Source: Patellaria atrata CBS 101060 (lineage: Eukaryota). Taken from it: a stretch of DNA of 64,000 nt. A model generated the notes under the pieces. That model worked only from the letters and a program-made list of their open reading frames with translations, was not told the DNA's origin and ran no database searches. Below are positions 13,636 to 26,630 of the stretch, in pieces (within the stretch, counting starts at the first letter, position 1; every line of letters starts with the position of its first letter). The DNA lies in contig MU006094.1 in the NCBI GenBank assembly GCA_010093705.1, positions 234,020 through 298,019 on the forward strand, given 5' to 3'. The position numbers and the translations under genes were made by a program.

Positions 13636-15051
13636 TCATCTAATCTTCCACCCAACAACACTACCCATATACCCCGCAGGCCAAGTATGCAACTCCCGTT
13701 CCCACCTAACAACCCACCCCTCACCCTCCCACACCCTAACCGTCCTCCGGCCACCCTCCTCCTTCATCTCCCTTAACCCCCTCGCATTGCCCCCGATCAA
13801 ATCGACCACCTCCTCGAACTCCCTCGTCCGCAGCGCGCTCACGAAGCCGTCGAAGGCAAGTACGGTCGGGATAACCGGGATGACGTAGGTGAAGAGCAAG
13901 GGGAGCGGACGGAGGCCGAACCAGAATGGCGCGCTTAGTAAGGCGAGCGGGAACTGCATCAGCATCAGAGGCAACGAGAGGATCCGACGATCCTGGAGTT
14001 CGAGGATGGCGAAGGCATCTGCGGTTTCAAGGGTGCTTTGGAGCACTGCGCGAGCGACGGGGTTGGGGAGGTGGTGGAAGGCTAAGCAGTAGAGGCGGAG
14101 GATCTTTGTGTCGGGGGTTTGGAAGGAGGAGGGTCCGTTGGAGGATGAGGGGTGGGAAGAGGATGTCGCGCTCTGGGCCGCGAGGGGGGGGTCCGCTGCG
14201 TCCACTGGGTTGGGGATGAATGAGAGGTTTGGCGAGCGGGAGGTATGTTCCATCCAGGAGTCGATGTTCGGGTGGAGGTCGGATAGGCTGAAGGGGATCG
14301 CGGGCCGGGAATGAGCCTCGAGGTGGGAGTTTACGAGGTTTTCGATCACGGGCACGGGGCCTAGGTGGGTTAGAGGGTGGGGAATAAGAGGTGTGGAAGG
14401 GAACATACCGCCTCCGCCGGAACAGAAGTCTATGATGGTGAGTTTGGAATTTGAGAGTTCGGGGACGCGATTGAGGGTCCGTAGGAGAAGATCAGATGCA
14501 CGCTGTGCTGGAGACTTTGTCTGTATGATGGGTATGCGGTGAGTCCATTCAAAGGTTAAGGCATCTTGGACGCGATGGCGAATGTAGCATGGCATACTGT
14601 TGCGTATTCAGTCTACACATTGAGAGACAGGGGTGCATGATGTTACAATGCATGGTGTAAGGCTTAGAGTAGGGACTTGGAGGAGTTGTTTCTGGTATGG
14701 AATGACTTACAACCATTGATCGGAAAATTCAAACAGCCGCCACGAGGAGCGTGAGACCTTGAAGTTGACAGCATCAAGCAGCTCCGCAATTTTATCCATA
14801 AGCTGCCTCATTCGACTTCGAGATTCGCTCGGCTCAGGGTGATGTGAGCGGCCCGGTTGAATAGTTTGAGTTGTCGATTGCCCGTTTTGGGCAAGTAACG
14901 CTGTACGTTCATCTGCATGATGTGAGAGTTGAGCCTGGTTATCATTCCCAAAGTCACCTCTTCTATAAATAACACCGAGATATGATGGGTACTTACTATT
15001 AGAGTTATGATCGTCCTTCGGCGATGTATTATCATCGAGTATGAACGGCAT
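13636..15051 (-). CDS. Uncharacterised class I SAM-dependent methyltransferase-like protein; 3 exons
   Basis: Spliced WRLFEFSDQWF-MPCYIRHRVQDALT, motif I-like IIDFCSGGGGP, SLSDLHPN, PVDA and LAFHHL, with a hydrophobic C-terminal hairpin. Introns at ~14710-14597 and ~14408-14361. Start codon uncertain. Confidence 0.65.
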
Positions 15052-16253
15052 GGTTCCAAGATTTCCCGATTCGGAGTTTGAAGCGTAAGTGGATATGTGA
15101 TGAATCACATTAAGCCGTGATAGGATGCAGTTTTAGTGGAAACAGAAGTTACTAAGGTAGCATGCATAAGTTCTTAATAGGGAGGTGCAATATATTAGAC
15201 GGAAATCACAGTCCGTACAGTAGTATGTACAGTACAAGTAGAATCAGGAAACCACTACGCTAGAAGACGACTTAGGAAAGGAAAAGGTGCATGTTTCATC
15301 AAGATAGTATACAGATACGAGACGGTATATTGATATTGTTGGGAATTCTTAGCGGCTGAATGGATGAATGAGGTGAAAATAAAGGTAGGGTTAAGCACCG
15401 CGTCAACGTGAAGCCGAAAGTCGGTGGCCCATAATGACGTAACATCTCACGACTCCCAAAAGCGGCAAGTTCCGCACGTGATTTGCTGACAGACGATCGG
15501 CACCGGGAGATCAGCGACGCTCGATATAGCCCAGTAGATGCACTACCGGGCATCTCATCTGCTTTCGTACAACCCTACTTTCAGTCCGTGCTTATTGTGC
15601 GGAAACGTTGCAGGGCAGAAACGAAACCCCACGGATAATGGAGTACTTGCCCCTTCGATCATCGTGGGCATTGATGATCACTACGATTACACCAAATTTT
15701 GTTGGGCGTTCGGGCGTTCAAGGCCCTGCGTTAGTATCTCGTTTTGTCATTGCATACACGAGAAGCCAAAGGGGCACAGGGTGGGGTGGAGAACGCAAGT
15801 TGTACGGATTTGATGTATTTCTTCGCATTGAATGCGCTATCAGATACATTATCCAATGTACCATTGGCTGCAGCTTGCAGGTATTGCATTCCCGGGTATC
15901 GGGGGATAATGCGAGCGGCTTCTGTCCGATACATGCACAGCAGCAGGGAATAAGAAAAACAAGTCAAGATATACAGTGAAATGATATGATAAATGTTCAA
16001 ATATTTGGCCTGCGAAATATACGTTGGAAAAATGCGAAAAATGGTATCATGAAAACTGCAGTTGTAAAAACGCCGCTAGAAATGCGATCAGATATCCACC
16101 CTTTAAATAGAACGCCTGTGCTGTGTCCCAAAATAGATAGTTCGCCTCATGCGAGTTCCGATTCCGTGGAGGATCGTCGTAACGCCTATGCGCTCATGTA
16201 TAGGGCATGTCTAGCATACCATTACCGGTTTCCCATTTTCCGACTCGACTCTA

Positions 16254-17306
16254 TTAATTACTTTCATCATCGCTCGTGGTTGTGCTTGTTTCGGTTGATG
16301 ACGCCGACGTTGAAGAGGCATTCTTCCCGATCGGACCAAGCGTCCAGACCCACTCTCGCCTTCTCTTACGCCTCCCGGCTACGGGAGTTTCTGGTGCAGA
16401 GTCACTGTCCGAGTCTGACGAGTCTCTCTTGTCGCCCGCTCGGGGGCCACCTAGGCGACCTTCATCTGATGAGACTGATGCTGGTGAACCAAGTTGGTGT
16501 TCGGAACCAGACGATTCTCCTGACGACGTAGACAAAGACAAAGAGACAGAATGTGATGATCCTTCCGATGAAATAGATCCAAATGATGCTCCGGAAGACG
16601 ATGATTTCGTGGACGCGATAGAAGATGTCGAACTCTCCAGGTCAACCTCGGATTGCGCATATGTATATTTTGATGTGTGAATTTCCTCTACAAGTGGATC
16701 CCTGAAAGACACCCTTTTCGCAGCCGGGAACAGCGGACGGGAAGGGCCAGACATTGAGTGAACTCTTTGAGGTGGAAGTGGACTATTCCTTAATACCGAC
16801 TGTACGTTATGTGAAAGCTTGTATGGGATAGTTATTGTCGCAGATTCCGTGGAGGATGCGGATGTGGCGGAAGCTGAGGAAAGTATTATTGCTGAACTTG
16901 GGCTGCTATTTTCCGATTGCGAGGGTTCCTTCAGGAATGTTTGAGTCGCTACTGAACTATCGATGCTCAATACAGGCCTTTTTTCTGACGATGCGGTAGT
17001 TCCCTGGAGTTTCTCATAGGCGTTGCGAAAGGTATTGCGAGCGGTGGGTGACACAGCAGATAACGTTTCTAACCGTAGGCTCGATCCTTTGCCAAAGCTC
17101 CTTGACTGTGTGACGGGGGTTGAAGTATTAAGAGAAAGTTTAGGACGCTTCGAAGTTGGAGGTTGAGGTCTTGAAAGTGGACTCTGGGAGTGCATGGGAG
17201 ATGGTGGTAATATGGTCAGAGAGGTAGTCATGGTGGTCGAGGGAATGTGCTCATGAGACTGGTTAAGCGTCTGCTGCGAGACTGGAGATGATATGGAAAT
17301 CATCAT
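16254..17306 (-). CDS. Ser/Thr-rich, largely disordered hypothetical protein
   Basis: 350-codon intronless ORF with motif-like islands RPKLSLNT, SPTARNTFRNAY, KRVSF (RVxF-like) and RRKRRREWVWTLGP. Confidence 0.7.
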   Translation of the reverse strand: MMISISSPVSQQTLNQSHEHIPSTTMTTSLTILPPSPMHSQSPLSRPQPPTSKRPKLSLNTSTPVTQSRSFGKGSSLRLETLSAVSPTARNTFRNAYEKLQGTTASSEKRPVLSIDSSVATQTFLKEPSQSENSSPSSAIILSSASATSASSTESATITIPYKLSHNVQSVLRNSPLPPQRVHSMSGPSRPLFPAAKRVSFRDPLVEEIHTSKYTYAQSEVDLESSTSSIASTKSSSSGASFGSISSEGSSHSVSLSLSTSSGESSGSEHQLGSPASVSSDEGRLGGPRAGDKRDSSDSDSDSAPETPVAGRRKRRREWVWTLGPIGKNASSTSASSTETSTTTSDDESN

Positions 17307-19016
17307 GTGCAAGTAGGTGAGGTGAGAAGTGGATGTGTCTATGACCAGGCTTGTCGCTCGTCTCCCAGGGCGGAGCGGCGATTTTAGGTATATGGGTGGA
17401 GGGGAACCAGCCCTTAGTACAATATTAATGTCTCGTATTCCAAGTCCAAAGGTGCAGGTACGCTGACGGCGGTCAGCAGGGAAGGTCAGATTACTACTCG
17501 TAATGAGACAAAAGCGGGCGAATGTGTAAGGTAGTGTACGTTATATGTGTGTGGTGCGGATCATGGATAGGTGGCACTTGATTGTGGCGGGGCAAACTTG
17601 TAAGGTAGGTATTGTCTTTCGGTGGAGAGGAGGTTTATTTAAATGAAGTCCGAACCTGAAAGCGGATATATAGGGAAGGGATATATACAAGAATGAGACC
17701 AAAGCAGAATAGGAACTAGAATCGCAGCGCCGAAAGAAGGTTTGAAATCACGATAACACAGGAACGGGCAAAGTAGATGTATTGCTCGAGTCGGTCGTGT
17801 TGGTTGGGAAACATGGGAAAGTTATTCTTATTGCACAAAAGGCTCCATGGATGGCCAGAGACATAACTAGGCCTCCTGTGGTGTAGGCGCAGGGCGAGGG
17901 CATGGTCTGGCTGCAGATGGGTCAGCGTACGGGCTCCTATTCGCCTTGTTGACGCCTTGATGCGCAAGATCTATTTCGAGATGAAAGAGAGTGTGTGCTC
18001 CAATAATAAGTCAGAGCACATAATCAAACTTGTAATAAATATACCATATCGAGGAGTATCTGATGTGTCAGACCCGTAACAGTGTTGGACGTGGTTGGTG
18101 AATGGTCACAAAAGAATCATGAAGATCAACTACTAGTGAGCGCGAATTATACTGCTAGATTATCGTACGGTAATCATGGTATTGATTATTATAACGGATG
18201 TAATCTAAATATCTATTAGCGAACAATGAAAAAAGGTTGCCCACATCGAATTTCCCAAAATAAAACCTTGGCGACTTTCTCCCGCTTCTCACTCACCTTT
18301 CGCAACCCCCTGGTGCATCCATCGTCTGATTCGTCTTCACTCTGCATCACAAGCTTCTCAACCTATTATTGTACACCACTCCAGTTCCGTTTATCGCTCG
18401 GCTTCACTTGCAGTGGTGTAGCGGTGGGTTGCGGGTGCTTCGCAGCATCGCAGCACCAAATCAACAAGGGTGGCAATATTCGATAAAAGGCCTTTGAGGT
18501 CTCTATATCTGCACCTCAAACCCCCTCTGTACGTTTTTCCTCGCAGGGGATCTTTCAGTCGGCAAGGTCTGCTTTGTCTCCAATGAGATTTGATTCGGCT
18601 TTACTGCTGTAGGGGAAAGAATTCATTGCAACCCTCAACGGAGCTGTTCTGTTGCTGCATTGACTCTCACTCCGAAATCACCACTCAAACGCCTTATGGG
18701 CTGGTCAACACTTCTTCAGGAACTATACAGTTCAAACATGACAATCTAGTGTCGGAAGTCAGTTGGTTTGCCGGCCCTCCGTAGGATCATAAACAACTTC
18801 AAGGCAGATTATACTCGCCGGCCAATGTTTCGTACTCGGTAGGTGACCCCGCCTCGTCCGCTGTTTGATACTTGTTTCCATTTCAGATCATCTTGATGTT
18901 CTAGCGTTCGGATTGTTTCACCTTTTCTTGCTTATTTCAGCTTTTATTTTCTAATAGTGCTTCGCTTCTTTCTGACTTCTGTTCTTTCTTACTTTAAAGT
19001 TGGTGATAAAATTGAT

Positions 19017-20939
19017 ATGTCCGGTCACAATTCGTTGTCTCCCAACCGTAGCAGCTTCGACGCTAAGGACGACCGAGTTATCATTCATTTCGATTATGAC
19101 TGCTTTTATGCAAGTGTTCTAGAAGCTGAGAATCCTTCCTTGAAGTCGCTTCCACTTGCCGTACAGCAAAAACAGATCGTGGTCACGTGTAATTACGAGG
19201 CTCGAAGAAGAGTAAGCAGTCAGACATAGCTGCAGTCTAAAAACAACCATGCTGAGGCCTAATAGGGTCTTAAGAAGCTACAGCTGATCAAAGAAGCAAA
19301 GCGGATATGTCCAGAAGTTGTCATCGTCCTCGGTGAGGACCTCACTAAGTTTCGTAATGTCTCGAAAGATTTGTATAACTTTCTTCGAGAGTATTCATGG
19401 AACGGCAAAGCCGAACGCCTCGGGTTTGATGAAGTATTTCTAGACATCAGCGACATTGTTGATTATAATATTGGTCTGCTAAATACGAATGATCTTACGA
19501 ACTCATTCTTTTGTCTCTCCCGCGACGATCCAACAGTAGGTTTTTGTTATGATGCTTCTATTTTTGCAGGGCACGCTTTCCCGTCTCAACAACGCGACTC
19601 ATACACTACGCCGCTAGATCCTTTACGCTTGAAATTACACCTCGGGTCTCACTTCGCACAATTTGTACGTCACCAACTGGAGGAACAAAAAGGTTACACA
19701 TCAACAGTTGGAATATCCACTACAAAGCTTTTAGCAAAGCTTGTTGGAAACCAAAATAAACCCAAAGGCCAGACAGTATTACTTCCACCTTACAATGAGT
19801 CGAATGACCAAGAAAGCAACGTAATAGCATTTTTGAACGCTCACGACATCGGGAAAATACCAGGAATAGGATTCAAACTAGCTCAGAAGATCAGGGCCCA
19901 TGTTTTGCAAAGACCAGCAGACTCTGACAATGGCCTAATATATGGCGAAACTAAAGAAGATAAGGTTAGCGTAAGAGATGTACGAACTTGCTCAAACATC
20001 GGCCCGGATGTACTTGAGAAGCTACTCGCCGGACCTGGTGCTCCCCGCGGAATTGGTCTCCAAATATGGGCTTTGCTTCACGGAGCCGATGCTGATGAAG
20101 TGGGTCAAGCTCGAGAACTTCCCCGTCAAATTAGCATCGAAGATAGCTATATACGCTTAGATAGCATTGACCAGGTAACTAAAGAACTCACAACGCTAGC
20201 AAAGAGTTTGATCAACCGAATGCATTTAGACCTTTTGGAGGAGGACGACGAAAATGCTGCCTCAAAGACTGCAGAGTATTCAATTCCCGCTACAAACATC
20301 ATCTTAAAGAATAGAAAATGGCTCACCCATCCGAAAACCTTGCGTCTATCTACACGGGCACGACCCGCTATGAACACTGACGGGTCACATGCCCATAACT
20401 CTGCTCGGGTATCTCGCTCTGCACCTCTTCCAAATTTTATCTTCGCTCTTACTGAGTCCTTGGAGCTCCTTGCTGAACGGCTTGTAAAAGAAGCTTTACT
20501 TCCGTTGTTCCGCAAACTACATCCAGATAAAGGTGGTTGGACTCTGAGGAACCTCAATGTTGCAGTAACGAATATGATGGATACGGGTAGTGATAGCAAA
20601 GCTGCTACTGGAAGAGATATCGGGAAAATGTTCAAACGGCAAAACGAAATTCTCAAAGAATGGACGATTGGAGACAGAGATGCTCCACCAGATTTTACGC
20701 AAAAAGAGCACGTCGATGTGGTAGACCGTACTCATTGCTCGAAGGACGTAGCTATGATAACTTCAATGCAAGGATCAGAAGACTTCTTGTTGTCTTCACA
20801 ACAGACCCAGGACGGTGATGTTTGGGAGACCGACGAGGATATGGATGGACAGTCTTTTTCTGCGTGCAATACTTGTGGTGCCATGATGCCAGCCTTTGCG
20901 ATGGTGGCGCATGAGCGTTTCCATCTTCTAGGAGAGTAG
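19017..20939 (+). CDS. Y-family translesion DNA polymerase iota-like; 2 exons
   Basis: IIHFDYDCFYA, VTCNYEAR, RLGFDE (iota-type catalytic motif), KLLAKL, IPGIG HhH and a C-terminal UBZ-like C..C...H...H. Intron at 19212-19265. Confidence 0.9.
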
Positions 20940-21495
20940 GAATATGCTCCCAGTTATAACTCACCCGCTTTGCTATACGGGACTCGGAAGATTCCTTTGG
21001 CTCAATCGTATAGATCGCCTGCAATCCGACAGATACTCGGATCCAGCAGTACATCATGTTTGGACGGCAAACATAGAGCTCAAAGACCAAACAGTGTCAA
21101 ATACGGATAAGCGCTGAGGGATGTCCGAGCGCTATCACATGCCTGTGGTGAAGAGGAATACGAAACACGGCTGGCCTTATCTCAGGTTATACAGTTGTAC
21201 ATAGCACATTCAGATCAAGTTCTGACATTGAGATCTAATAGATTCGTACTACCGATATAGGAATAATTCGCGAAATCTTTCTGAGGGTTTTCATATCTTT
21301 CTAACTCCCCACTCTAAGTTCGCAAAGAGGACCAAATGTAGTCATTCCCTCGGTTCAGGAAAATACCGTTGCCAAGCGGTCGGTGAATCGCCCAATTCAG
21401 TAGGAGCCGCAACAAACATGGACAACACAATAAAAGCCAGGGAACGATATCTTCCTTCTCTTCTATAACATGTCAACCTGACAGATATTCTAGCT

Positions 21496-23322
21496 ATGCC
21501 TGGATCTTCAAGGTTACCCGTGAGTCTGCGTAACACGCTCGCCGCTCAAAATATCAAACAGCATCGAGGCGAATTGCTGGCGCTGAATCTTGATGTGTAC
21601 GTCCCCCGCTTCAAGCTCGTGGAAGGGATTGAAAATCAATTACTAACCATCATATGCTTGGGATAGCGTTCGGAATATAGTCTTTATCCTCTTCCTTCTA
21701 CGATGGGTTCGCAAAACGTTCCTCCAGCTCAAAGGCCGTGGTATCATCGGTACCTTCGCCGACGGTTATAGAACTACTTGTCGTATCTTCTACGGTATCT
21801 TCTTACGACTCCCGGGCGTGCGAAACAAAGTACAAGCACAAGTTGCAGAGTCGATCTTGAAGCTCGAGCAGCGACTAGTCCCCAGCGGACCCGGAATCGA
21901 GAGATATAGGAAGCTACCCGTGGAGGGATGGAGCGAAGACAAAGTCCGAGAAGAGTTAGGGAAGTTGAGCGAGATGGAGCATACGAGATGGGAAGATGGG
22001 TTAGTTAGTGGGGCCGTTTATCATGGTGGGGAGAGTCTGGTGAAGCTTCAGACCGAAGCGTTTGGGAAGTTTACAGTTGCGAATCCGATCCATCCGGATG
22101 TGTTTCCGGGGGTTAGAAAGATGGAGGCGGAGGTTGTTGCTATGGTGCTATCATTGTTCAACGCCCCTGACGGAGCAGCTGGAGTATCTACAAGCGGAGG
22201 CACCGAATCTATTCTTATGGCTTGTCTAAGTGCACGGCAAAAGGCATACACAGAGCGGGGAGTCACAGAGCCGGAAATGTAAGTTCCATAATTCTCCTGA
22301 ATATCATCATTACTGACCTAGATATCGATAGGATCCTCCCCAAAACCGCACACACAGCCTTCCACAAAGCATGTTCATACTTCAAAATCAAACTCCACCT
22401 CGTCCCCTGCCCAGCACCATCCTACAAAGTCCACACCCCCTCCGTCTCCCGTCTAATAAACTCCAACACCATCCTCCTCGTCGGCTCCGCCCCCAACTTT
22501 CCCCACGGCATCATCGACGACATCGCCGCCCTCTCCCGCCTCGCAATCAAACACACCATTCCCCTCCACGTCGACTGCTGCCTCGGCTCCTTCCTCGTCC
22601 CCTTCCTAGCCAAAGCAGGCTTCGACGCCGACCCCTTCGACTTCACCCTCCCAGGCGTCACCAGCATCTCCTGCGACACGCACAAATACGGTTTCGCCCC
22701 CAAAGGCTCCTCCACAGTCCTCTACCGCACCCACGCCCTCAGGAGACACCAATACTTCGTCTCCCCCTCCTGGTCCGGCGGCGTCTACGCCTCCCCCTCC
22801 ATCGCCGGTTCCCGCCCCGGCGCCCTCATCGCCGCTTGCTGGGCCTCCCTCATGGCTCAGGGCGAGGCCGGGTATATCGCGTCCTGCCACGCCATCGTTG
22901 GCGCCGCGAGGAAAATCGAAACGGCCCTGAGGACGGATACCGTGTTGGCCGGGGCCTTGTATGTCCTCGGCCGCCCACAGGTCTCCGTTCTCGCGTTCTC
23001 GAGCCGCGAAATAGACATCTACGACGTCGCGGACGCCATGTCGGCGCGGGGGTGGCACTTGAATGCCCTCCAGGCCCCAGCGGCCGTGCATGTGGCTGTC
23101 ACGTTGCCGATGGTGGGCGCGGTCGAGAGACTGGTCGCGGATCTTGTGGCTGTGGTCGAGGAGGTCAGGGAGGAGGAGCGGAAGAGGGTTGCGGAGGGCA
23201 GGGGGCGGAAGGGCGCGAAGGGCGATGTCGCGGCGCTTTATGGCGTTGCGGGGAGTTTGCCGCATAAGGGCGTTGTGGTGGATCTCGCGTGTGGGTTTTT
23301 GGATACGCTTTATAAGGTTTAG
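21496..23322 (+). CDS. dpl1: Sphingosine-1-phosphate lyase (PLP-dependent); 3 exons
   Basis: VSGAVYHG, NPIHPDVFPGVRKMEAEVV, TSGGTESI, LHVDCCLG, SCDTHKYG (PLP lysine) and GSRPG, plus an N-terminal TM segment. Confidence 0.93.
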
Positions 23323-23939
23323 GAGTTAGAGAGGGGGTGGTGATGAGGGGAAGGAGGATTTAAAAAGGGGTGGGTTGGCGGGGAGCTGGTGAGAACGAAG
23401 GGGAAACGAGACGGAAGGGTCAAAGGGGTTCATTGTGTATATTTCCACCTTTATCCTTTCCTCATTCCGTTTCTCGCGTACTCTCGTCTCGCTCTTGTCG
23501 TGTAGGCGCATATGTACAGTGCCAGTAGATGTACACGAATCGATCGCCCAGTCGTCTATACGACCTCACTAAGACACTACAACCACCAATTCACACTCAC
23601 AGCGCAAATATGTGAGATGGAGCGAATTACTTTAGAATCTACACAAATATACAAAGATTCATGATAAAAAAAAAGGGAGGGGAGGTGGGGGGAGATGGGA
23701 GAATACGCCTCCTCGAAGCCGACCATTCCAGCTTCAAAACCCAACAACCAGTACCGAAAGCACGGTACGAAATCGAAGCCTCAGCGCCGTTTTAAATGCC
23801 CGTCTACATACTGTACGCCCGGATGCAGATCCGAAAAGGGTGGATGTGAATATAGGAAAGAGAGTGTAAAACGGTCCTCGGTACCAAATGAAGCATGAAC
23901 CATCGCCGCATCGTCCCACCGTCAGTGCAAAGTTCACAT

Positions 23940-25462
23940 CTACGCTGCATCCCCCTCCTGATGCTTAGCACTACTGCCCTTCTCCCTGAAGGTGCTCACG
24001 GCGGGAATATCCGCCTTGAGCCGTTCCTCCTGTGTCGAATACGCCTTGGGCGTCAACTTGATAAGCGTGTGGAGCGGGACCTCCATCCACGGACTACGCT
24101 CCTGCTCGACGTTCATGAAGTACGCGTAGATGCACCTCAAAATCGCTTGATGGGTGACGATGAGGATATTCTCGCTGCGCTCCAACTCCATGATGATGGG
24201 CTCGAGGCGGATGACGACGTCGCGGTACGACTCGCCGCCGAGGTAGCGGTAGTTGTATTTGTCCTCGTCGCGCTGGCGGAAGTCCTCCGGGTACGCCGAC
24301 TCGATCTCGGCGTAGGTGAGGCCGTCGCAGACGCCCGAGTCGAGCTCGTCGAGCGCTTTCCATTCGAGCTTTTCGAACTCCAGGAAGCGCGCCGTCTGGA
24401 TCGTGCGGCGGAGGGTTGAGGTCCAGACGGTGAGCTTGCGGCCTTCGCCCGCGGATTGCTTTACGAGGCCTGGTAGCGCGCGGGCGTAGGCTTCACCGCG
24501 TTCGGAGAGGTCGGCATCGCCGCCGATTTTGCCTGAAAGGTTGTATTGAGATTCGCCGTGCTGGGGGTGTGAGTTAGCATTTGCATTCAATGTAGGGGTA
24601 TATTCTTTGAAGTATGAATAAGATGGAGAATATGCGTACTCGTGACAACCAGATGGATCTAGGCTTGATGTGCAGATTCATAAGGTAATATACCACGCGA
24701 CTCTGTAGGTAATCTTGGATTTGGTTGATGACGACTCGCTTCCCGACGTTGATCAATTTAACGTAGGTTAGGTCATATTCATCCTCATCGATGGTCTGAT
24801 AGACTTTCTCATAGTTCCTTATGCGATTGCGAAAGTCTTGCGCAGCCGCTTCTGGATCTTGTCCAACATAATCTGGGGAAGTGGTCTTGACCTCCTTGAT
24901 GTTGCTCATAATGAGATCTTCATCGTCGCACTTTGACTCGACGAAGAGCGTCTCTATTCCCTCTGCCTGGCATCGGTCTTGTATCCACCTGCGCCTGGAC
25001 TTTGTAGAATTTGTTGCATCGAGGATAGCAATCAGGCCTTGCCCTTCAGAGAACCACTTGACCATGTCATTGACCGCGGCTTCTGCGGCAGCTTTGCGCA
25101 ACCTTTCTCCCTCAGGATTGCTGGTGTCGAAGAATTCTGCAGAGGGATTTGGGGTAGCGGTACGACGATATTGGCCGACATTGAAGGTCTTCGCGGGAAT
25201 TGAGAGCCAATGGAGGTAACGTACCACTGTTGAAGGTCAGTTGTCACTTGTATCGCAAGAATGTGGCATTGGGATTGAAACAATTACCTTTCTGCGCGAT
25301 CAGACTCTTGCCTCGTGCTGGTAATCCCACCATGACCACACATATTTTCGTATCTTCAGCCTGGACACCGACGCCGTTAGTCTTACGATTTGGCTTCAAC
25401 AATTCGCCCGTAGGCACGCGACGCATCTCCGGCCTGAAAACGCCGTTCGTAGTCATGATCAT
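23940..25462 (-). CDS. fbp26: 6-phosphofructo-2-kinase/fructose-2,6-bisphosphatase; 3 exons
   Basis: VMVGLPARGKS P-loop, FNVGQYRR and DATNST kinase domain. SRHGES phosphatase motif across intron 2, followed by LDELDSG and GESYRD. Start is 25462 or 25456. Confidence 0.93.
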
Positions 25463-26550
25463 GAAGTCTGACTGAGTTCGAAATCCAGAAAAGAAGATTA
25501 GGAAGGTAGAAGAGAAACTGTCAAGCCAAGTAAAAAGAAAGAAAGAGAGAATTAATTGGGCAAGCAAGCGGTGAGTAAGGAAGTGATTGCACGTTTTCGG
25601 ACGGCAATTGGGGTGAGTTCTTATAATAAAAGCTCAGTATAAAGTTGTTTTGGTAGGTGAAAGGTTAGCTTTCGGAAGCATGGACGATTTTTCCAGAAGA
25701 ACAGCAGTGGTGATATGGAGGGGGGTAGTTGAGGGGGTGTGTGTGTTAAGATTGTTCACAAGCTCGGCTTTGAGTGCTTAAGTGCAAGGTGCAAGGAGTC
25801 GTGGGTGTTTGTTGATGCGGCAAGACAAGGCTCGCTAGACGGTCCCTTTCCCCGCAATTGGGTAAGAGCTACCGGAAGACCTTTTCGGAACAAGGAAGCT
25901 ACGAAGAGGTACAGAGTACAGTACTGTAAGTTACTCTATACCCAACAGCATAGAAAGTCTTCAGCTTAAAAGGTGCTTGTTCTCCAGGATGTATAAAGCC
26001 TTCAAGGACCGCACCTCTACACGACTCCTAGGAGTTCAAATATCCGAAACCGAGCTCTGAATTCTTTTACCGTGATAGGTTTTTCTGCCCTGGTGAGACC
26101 CCTAGATGTGTTGGCCGAAAAAAATCCACGTCGAATATCAGTTGTCGATCTGCCAGGGCTCGCCAAATTTATTCATGTACTGTATTCATGTTGCTTACAC
26201 CTGCAGATGCACCCTTCAAACCAACTCACCCTTTCACCGTCCTTTTGACCTCTCAATCTCTTCGGCACAATTCCAATCTTGCCGACTTAGAGTGCGCGCT
26301 TTTTCCTCTTTATGGCAGCTATCTAACTCTGCCATATCGTGTTCTTTATCATCGAGATGGAACAGGCAGGCCTCGCACATGAGCATAGTGTCGTGTGTCC
26401 CAAAAGGTTGCACCGAAAATCTGACCGTTGGAAAATCGGAAAGCAGCAAGTGGAGTGATGACCGCCTAGCATTTCGACCTCGCCTTGAGCCGAACCTGGC
26501 CTTCCCGACTTTCGGCGACCGGCACATATTCCGGAGGACAAAACCATACC

Positions 26551-26630
26551 AAGAAGCAGAAGAAGAAGAGGAAGAAGAGTAAGAAGAAGAAGAGGAGGAG
26601 GAGGAATAGGAGGAGGAGGAGGAGGAGGAA
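26551..26630. repeat. Imperfect (GAA/GAG)n trinucleotide microsatellite
   Basis: About 26 GAR-like triplets interrupted by in-phase TAA and TAG. Confidence 0.85.

Noticed and set aside
22371..24419. Long overlapping and antisense ORFs over dpl1 and fbp26 (298, 219, 174 aa)
   Set aside because: Shadow frames produced by the GC-rich codon usage of the real genes; Arg/Pro-rich low-complexity translations.
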